A stretch of 64,000 nucleotides of DNA from Macrostomum lignano. Taxonomy: Eukaryota. A model generated the notes under the pieces. The model did no database searches. It saw only the letters and a list, made by a program, of their open reading frames with translations, and had not been told where the DNA came from. Location: NCBI GenBank assembly GCA_002269645.1, contig NIVC01001390.1, positions 1 to 64,000 of the forward strand, given 5' to 3'. Shown here in pieces: positions 59,425-64,000 of the stretch; position 1 is the stretch's first letter, and every line of letters begins with the position of its first letter. The position numbers were made by a program, and so were the translations under genes.

Positions 59425-59856
59425 CTAACCAAACAGACTGTAGATGTTCTTCTTACTCTTCTTCTTCCTGGGCTTTCGAGATTTTGACGATTTTCGTCTC
59501 GCCTTCCCACTCGTCTTCCTTTTCCTCTTCTGGGATTTCTTCCTTCGCACACCACCACGACTGCTTATAGACCCAACTGTCCGTCTTCGCTTCTTGGGTA
59601 CCAACAAATCCTCACCAGCTTCAACAACCGAACCACCTCGTTTTAGACCGCGCCCATTCTTCGCTGGGGCGAGGAGATCCAATCCCTTTGTGAGCAACTC
59701 CCGTGCCCCACTGCGCAGTACCGGGTACAAGACTTTCTCATGTAAATTTGAAAGAAACCCATACCCTTCGTACACAGGTATAGCAGGATGCACGCTACCT
59801 CGTCCTCCAATCGAAGAAGAACGCGGACCCGAATAGAATTCAAAAATCGGATCCAT
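59425..59856 (-). CDS. Basic DNA-condensing core protein (adenovirus pVII-like)
   Basis: 143 aa; Gly motifs IGGRG and YEGYG followed by FLSNLHEKVLYPVL, and a very Lys/Arg-rich C-terminus. Confidence 0.7.
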   Translation of the reverse strand: MDPIFEFYSGPRSSSIGGRGSVHPAIPVYEGYGFLSNLHEKVLYPVLRSGARELLTKGLDLLAPAKNGRGLKRGGSVVEAGEDLLVPKKRRRTVGSISSRGGVRRKKSQKRKRKTSGKARRKSSKSRKPRKKKSKKNIYSLFG

Positions 59857-59898
59857 TTACGACGTAACGAAATACTTGCAGTACTTGCCCCTCATCCT

Positions 59899-61077
59899 TT
59901 ACTTATAGGTTCTAGCAAACAGTCGTGCAGTTTTTGCATCAAGCTCCTGCTCTCGTAACCACTGACTTTTGAATTTGCCCAAGTCTTTCCACTCTACTAA
60001 GTAGCGCGGTTTACCGTCTGTAGACCGATCAACATCCAGCACTCGCTCAATCACAGTAGGTTCCTCCCGTGGGAGGTTTACCTCCAATAGTTCCGACTCG
60101 TTAAATCGCCCTTCCAATAACTCAAAGTTTGCATCCGGATCGCTCAGTTCATACATTGGAGGGTTGCTGTTGATTGATCGTGCAACCCGATAAACCGTGT
60201 TGCTCCAAGTAGTCGAAAAACCCTTCTCAAAAACACCTCGTCGTCTCGCAATTCGAACCCAAGTACCAACACTGAAACGCGGCTTTCTTCGCTTCTGCTG
60301 TTCCATTCCAAACATTTTCTCCCAAAGTATTCCTTGAAGATGTGGATCTTGTGATACCTCTCTCGGGGTTCTACCACTTAAAGAGCGATGCGGACTTGAG
60401 TTAAAGTTTGTCTCCAGTTTTCCCAACACATCAAACCAACGAGGCAGTTTCTTTGCTCTAAAATAACGCTCCATTCGCTCCTTCAACGAGCGAATAAAAC
60501 GCTCCGCCATGCTTGCCTTGTACGTACTTTGACTCACAAAGAAGCGGACGCCTTCTTCCTTGAGCATTTTCTGAGTATCACGTCCAAGAAATTCCATTCC
60601 TGCATCGCCCTGCAAATACAGCGGCTTGAAACCACTCTTGAAAATATCGCGTAAAACTCGACTCACTTCCGTGGGTTTTTTGGTGCGAAGTGCGCGTAGA
60701 CGAACAACTCTAGTGAAGCAGTCAATTAAAACCATGATGAAACGATAGCCCCGATTCTCAGCCTGATACTGTTGCATATCTGCCAAGTCGATCTGAAACT
60801 GAAACCGACCAACAGGCGGGACACTAATTTTTGGTGTAGGGAAATTCCGTCGAGCCTTTTGAAACAGATGGTGCTCCTGAGTTGACCGTATCCAATCGAG
60901 CACAATTTCTCGCGCAATCCCTAACCGAATCTGAGGGAATTTATTGCGCACCGCCCGAAGCAAGCTCGTTTTATTTCCAGAATAAGAAGACGGATTCTCC
61001 AAGTCAAAAAACTGGCGATCAAGAAAATCGTGTACAGCACTATGAATCGGGTGGTTGGTCTTCTTGCGCCCCTCCAT
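59899..61077 (-). CDS. Retroviral-type (RVE) integrase with C-terminal chromodomain-like region
   Basis: 392 aa; FQIDLADM, LQGDAGMEF, SMAERFIRSLKE (D,D,E); VRIARRRGVFEKG; VIERVL...RYLVEWKDL...SQW. Confidence 0.93.
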   Translation of the reverse strand: MEGRKKTNHPIHSAVHDFLDRQFFDLENPSSYSGNKTSLLRAVRNKFPQIRLGIAREIVLDWIRSTQEHHLFQKARRNFPTPKISVPPVGRFQFQIDLADMQQYQAENRGYRFIMVLIDCFTRVVRLRALRTKKPTEVSRVLRDIFKSGFKPLYLQGDAGMEFLGRDTQKMLKEEGVRFFVSQSTYKASMAERFIRSLKERMERYFRAKKLPRWFDVLGKLETNFNSSPHRSLSGRTPREVSQDPHLQGILWEKMFGMEQQKRRKPRFSVGTWVRIARRRGVFEKGFSTTWSNTVYRVARSINSNPPMYELSDPDANFELLEGRFNESELLEVNLPREEPTVIERVLDVDRSTDGKPRYLVEWKDLGKFKSQWLREQELDAKTARLFARTYK

Positions 61078-61267
61078 GAATATCGGTTGAAACAGCTCCG
61101 CCCTGTGTGTTGCAGCAGTTAAAACTCGCTTGAACGTTCACAATGTGATCTGCAAGATCTTCCTCCTTTTCAATGCAACTAGGCACCAATCGAGCGCAAC
61201 ATAGGCGTTGACGAGCAAAAAAACGACAAACGCATAGACAAATTCTACGCCAAACGTCAGACGACAT
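61040..61267 (-). CDS. Small Cys-rich Polinton ORF of unknown function
   Basis: 75 aa ORF in the co-oriented array, preceded by TATAAG and aaaaATG; overlaps the integrase start. Confidence 0.5.
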   Translation of the reverse strand: MSSDVWRRICLCVCRFFARQRLCCARLVPSCIEKEEDLADHIVNVQASFNCCNTQGGAVSTDIHGGAQEDQPPDS

Positions 61268-61318
61268 TTTTATTGGCTCAGCATACTTTTCAAATAAACG
61301 AATCCTGACAAGCTTATA

Positions 61319-61795
61319 CTAATCAAGGGTCTCGTATTGTTCCAGAGCATTCAGATCGTCCGACGCAGCAACGTTGCTTACACCCTCCTCCTCGTCGTCG
61401 TCATTCCCTTTAAACGACTGCAGGAGTCCTCGGACATGCTGACCAACAAGACGACTAGGCACGTTACGTCTACGCAAAAAATCCAGAAAAGATTCAAAGC
61501 CAACAGGGGGAGAACTACCATGTCTTTTTAGCGGTCTGTCTCGGACAACATACTCAAGCAACTTTTCCACTTCCTCCCCCGATAAAGACGATGGAAGAGC
61601 CTTCGCAGAACTACCCTCTTCTTCGAAAAGATTTTTTACAAGAGCATCGTATCGCCCTTTGAATGCCTTTGGAAGCCGACTTACAAATTTCGGTGCTTCC
61701 TCAACACCAACCTCTCGAACAGGACCGCTACTTGGCCCATTTTGCAGTATTCGCCGAGAATTTAGCAACTTGCTTTCCAAATCAGAGCGTTTCAT
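61319..61795 (-). CDS. Conserved Polinton hypothetical protein, C-terminal half
   Basis: 158 aa; PPVGFESFLDFLRRRNVPSRLVG resembles the PxGWxxFxxxLxxxNxP motif of Polinton hypothetical proteins. Confidence 0.65.
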   Translation of the reverse strand: MKRSDLESKLLNSRRILQNGPSSGPVREVGVEEAPKFVSRLPKAFKGRYDALVKNLFEEEGSSAKALPSSLSGEEVEKLLEYVVRDRPLKRHGSSPPVGFESFLDFLRRRNVPSRLVGQHVRGLLQSFKGNDDDEEEGVSNVAASDDLNALEQYETLD

Positions 61796-62028
61796 TTGAG
61801 CTGTCGGAAACGAAACCGGATTTTTGCCATCTGTTCGTCTAGTTTGTCCATTTCTAGCTGCGTAGACACGATATCCTTTTGCAGAGCAACGTTTGGGGTG
61901 TCTAGTGGGTCGGTCCTTCTCGGCGGCGGCGGCGGCGGCGGCGCTTCTTGCTGCTGCTGCTGGGATAAAACATGGTAGACACTTTCAGGCAAGAGAACCA
62001 TTCGTCGTAGGTCATCCCGCTTGTCCAT
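61792..62028 (-). CDS. Polinton hypothetical protein, N-terminal half (overlaps the next ORF by ATGA)
   Basis: 78 aa; RMVLLP...LEMDKLDEQM. Confidence 0.55.
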   Translation of the reverse strand: MDKRDDLRRMVLLPESVYHVLSQQQQQEAPPPPPPPRRTDPLDTPNVALQKDIVSTQLEMDKLDEQMAKIRFRFRQLK

Positions 62029-62034
62029 CAGGCA

Positions 62035-62463
62035 CTATTTTCTTTGAATTGCTCGAACTAAATTTGCTGTACCAGCGGCGGTTCCTGCGATACCAGATGT
62101 AATTCCCAATGCAGTCGCTATAGTCGGTAGTGCGGCGATAATTGGGGCCAGGAAAGGAAGAAATCCCCCGTGCTGGACAATAATTTTCTTCTTTTTACTT
62201 AGAGATTTTTTTCGATCCACCAGTTGGCGTATGTACTTGGCGTGCTTCTCAAGCCGCTTTTTGTCGCATGGAGAGATCGGTACACGCCGATTGACAATAT
62301 TTAGCAGCAATTCAACCAAACACCTCACTTCGGCCAGCGTGAGCGTTTCTAGAAACTTTTTTCGTTGAATCTGACTACCAAACCGCGTAACAATTTGTAA
62401 AATATTCGCACAGCGGGATAGAGACGTGGCACTCCGCTTGGCTTTTTCCGAGATTCTCTGCAT
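62035..62463 (-). CDS. Conserved Polinton small protein with an adenovirus pX-like hydrophobic C-terminus
   Basis: 142 aa; LVELLLNIVN, KKKIIVQHGGFLPFLAPIIAALPTIATALG. Confidence 0.8.
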   Translation of the reverse strand: MQRISEKAKRSATSLSRCANILQIVTRFGSQIQRKKFLETLTLAEVRCLVELLLNIVNRRVPISPCDKKRLEKHAKYIRQLVDRKKSLSKKKKIIVQHGGFLPFLAPIIAALPTIATALGITSGIAGTAAGTANLVRAIQRK

Positions 62464-62544
62464 AGGGCCTCAACACACACAGAGTCGCGGCTGCAGTTTT
62501 CCAAGTCGGAACATTGTTAGAATAAACAACAAGTCAACGTTTGC

Positions 62545-63540
62545 TTATAAATCTGAGCGCCGTCGAAAATGTAACACAGCAACTACATGAGCTCCAGGGC
62601 GAAAATTCAACGCTTGCCCCCGCTGATCACAAAGCCGGATGCTAATCTCCGAAACAAGTAGACGACTAGTTTTCAAGTAGTGTGGTGTCTGAAGAGCACT
62701 ACTATCACGCACGAGCTCACCATCTTTCCTCTGCTGAAGTTCAACAACACGTAGCAAGGGAACAGAAGTACTCCCCACAGCTTGGTACTCGACTATGTCA
62801 GTGTAGCAGTACATGTAAACGGTCTTAGTGCTGATTGATGCGCTGGTGCCACTTGTATCCAAGTAGGTCTTATAAAAACGCCACGTCTTATTCTTTTTCC
62901 AGTATGAATACACACTGTTCCATGTAGTAGAAGAACTGCGCTCGGTGTAGAGGCCCTTATCACTGACCAGATGCAAGCTCTCCCCAGGATCAAGAACGCA
63001 CTCAAAGCTCAACCACTCGTCCGTGAAGAGCTCAGTAACCTCACCCATGCTCTTGATGAAATCTTTGTAGTCGCCATCGGGAGATTCCAGATCGGTGCTC
63101 TCCGGCTCACCCAAATTGCTCACAATCTTTTTCCACTTTGCAAAATAGTTCATCAGCATGAAATGCTTAGGAAGCTCTACTGACAAAGTCTTCTTTCCAG
63201 CATTATGTAGAACCCACACCATCTTGCTTTTTTCGTCGTTTGGTTTCCACGAAACATAAGCTTCCAAATCAACGTCCTCCCAAACGCGTCCAAAATAATT
63301 GGAGGTGCTTTTAAGAATTTGCGAAATATCTGCAAAGTAGGGCACTTCAAATCGCCGAGTTCGATTACCGCTCGTTGCTACAACCGCACCTTGGCATAGT
63401 AATTCAACCAGAGCTACCTCGTACGATCCGATACCATTCGGAGCCAAGTCGAGAGGTTCTTTAAGTCGTACCCTGAAATCGTTCGGACTATTGTCCGAGT
63501 AAGATTTGTCGTTTGACGGCAAAAAGACGTAGAAACTCAT
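62545..63540 (-). CDS. Polinton minor capsid protein (PX, penton-like)
   Basis: 331 aa; MSFYVFLPSN...FRVRLKEPLDL...YEVALVEL; MYCYTDIVEYQAVG...PLLRVV...ISIRLCDQRG...AVLHFRR. Confidence 0.88.
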   Translation of the reverse strand: MSFYVFLPSNDKSYSDNSPNDFRVRLKEPLDLAPNGIGSYEVALVELLCQGAVVATSGNRTRRFEVPYFADISQILKSTSNYFGRVWEDVDLEAYVSWKPNDEKSKMVWVLHNAGKKTLSVELPKHFMLMNYFAKWKKIVSNLGEPESTDLESPDGDYKDFIKSMGEVTELFTDEWLSFECVLDPGESLHLVSDKGLYTERSSSTTWNSVYSYWKKNKTWRFYKTYLDTSGTSASISTKTVYMYCYTDIVEYQAVGSTSVPLLRVVELQQRKDGELVRDSSALQTPHYLKTSRLLVSEISIRLCDQRGQALNFRPGAHVVAVLHFRRRSDL

Positions 63541-63573
63541 TCTCTGAATCCGAGCACGCTTCTTGTTGACTCC

Positions 63574-64000
63574 TTAGCTTATAAGAGGTAAAAAAGCATC
63601 ACCAATTTCCGAAGCCTTGTTGTAAACAATGTGCTTGTCACCTGGAAAAATCCCAGTTCGAAAACGCAAAAAGTCGGGTGTTTTCTGTCGCAAATCAATG
63701 AACAGATAGCTATGCGGTTTGTTGTCAGTGGCGTCTTCGTAGGCACGAACCAAGAATTTACTGCCCCGACTGAGCATTTGCTGACTCAAGTGTTGAACGG
63801 CAGATCGATCTCGCACACTCCTCATGAGACAAATATAACTAGCTGATAGACTCCGAGTTCGCGCCTCTGGATCCGACCGATTAAATAAATTTTGGCAAAG
63901 GTACACACACGTTAAGGGTATATGATGTGCATATTTTGTGAACATGCCAGTCAAGGCTGTAGACTTAGCAACTTCGCTTTGTAAATCGTCCACTACCACG
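63574..64000 (-). CDS. FtsK/A32-like packaging ATPase, C-terminal part (5' end outside the window)
   Basis: VVDDL (Walker B), YAHH, VYLCQNLF, RTRSLSASY, RDRSAV, AYEDAT, SYLFIDL, RFRTGIFP. Confidence 0.9.
   Translation of the reverse strand, partial: VVVDDLQSEVAKSTALTGMFTKYAHHIPLTCVYLCQNLFNRSDPEARTRSLSASYICLMRSVRDRSAVQHLSQQMLSRGSKFLVRAYEDATDNKPHSYLFIDLRQKTPDFLRFRTGIFPGDKHIVYNKASEIGDAFLPLIS

Larger units (their letters stand above)
56739..64000 (-). mobile_element. Polinton/Maverick (adintovirus-like) endogenous virus, left end; continues beyond the window
   Basis: AGTAGT candidate terminus at 56739, 62-bp subterminal repeats, then nine tightly packed, intronless, co-oriented ORFs including protease, major and minor capsid, RVE integrase and packaging ATPase. 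More GC-rich than the AT-rich flank. Confidence 0.93.

Noticed and set aside
59412-59558. 49-aa N-terminal extension of the capsid ORF given by the ORF track
   Set aside because: Starts at a non-ATG codon inside the core-protein gene; capsid homology begins at the ATG at 59411.

Overview
Eukaryotic (invertebrate metazoan) genomic DNA with GT-AG introns. The short introns and minisatellite-filled large introns resemble a flatworm such as Macrostomum, but the organism is an inference. Contents from left to right: (1) a 5-exon orphan type I membrane protein with a Gypsy remnant in intron 1; (2) a decayed tyrosine-recombinase fragment; (3) two convergent, paralogous secreted M12B/ADAMTS-like metalloproteases; (4) a tandem PAN + F-type lectin array with 2 intact copies, pseudogene fragments and a CFAP97::lectin chimera, interrupted by a non-autonomous hAT element; (5) CFAP97; (6) an unidentified multi-exon gene; (7) a PLEKHG5-like RhoGEF whose large introns mostly carry their own tandem repeat; (8) from ~56.7 kb to the window end, one end of an apparently intact Polinton/Maverick (adintovirus-like) endogenous virus encoding protease, major capsid, basic core protein, integrase, small ORFs, minor capsid and packaging ATPase. 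Gene models were built by hand from splice signals and reading-frame continuity. Family calls come from recognised motifs, not from database searches.
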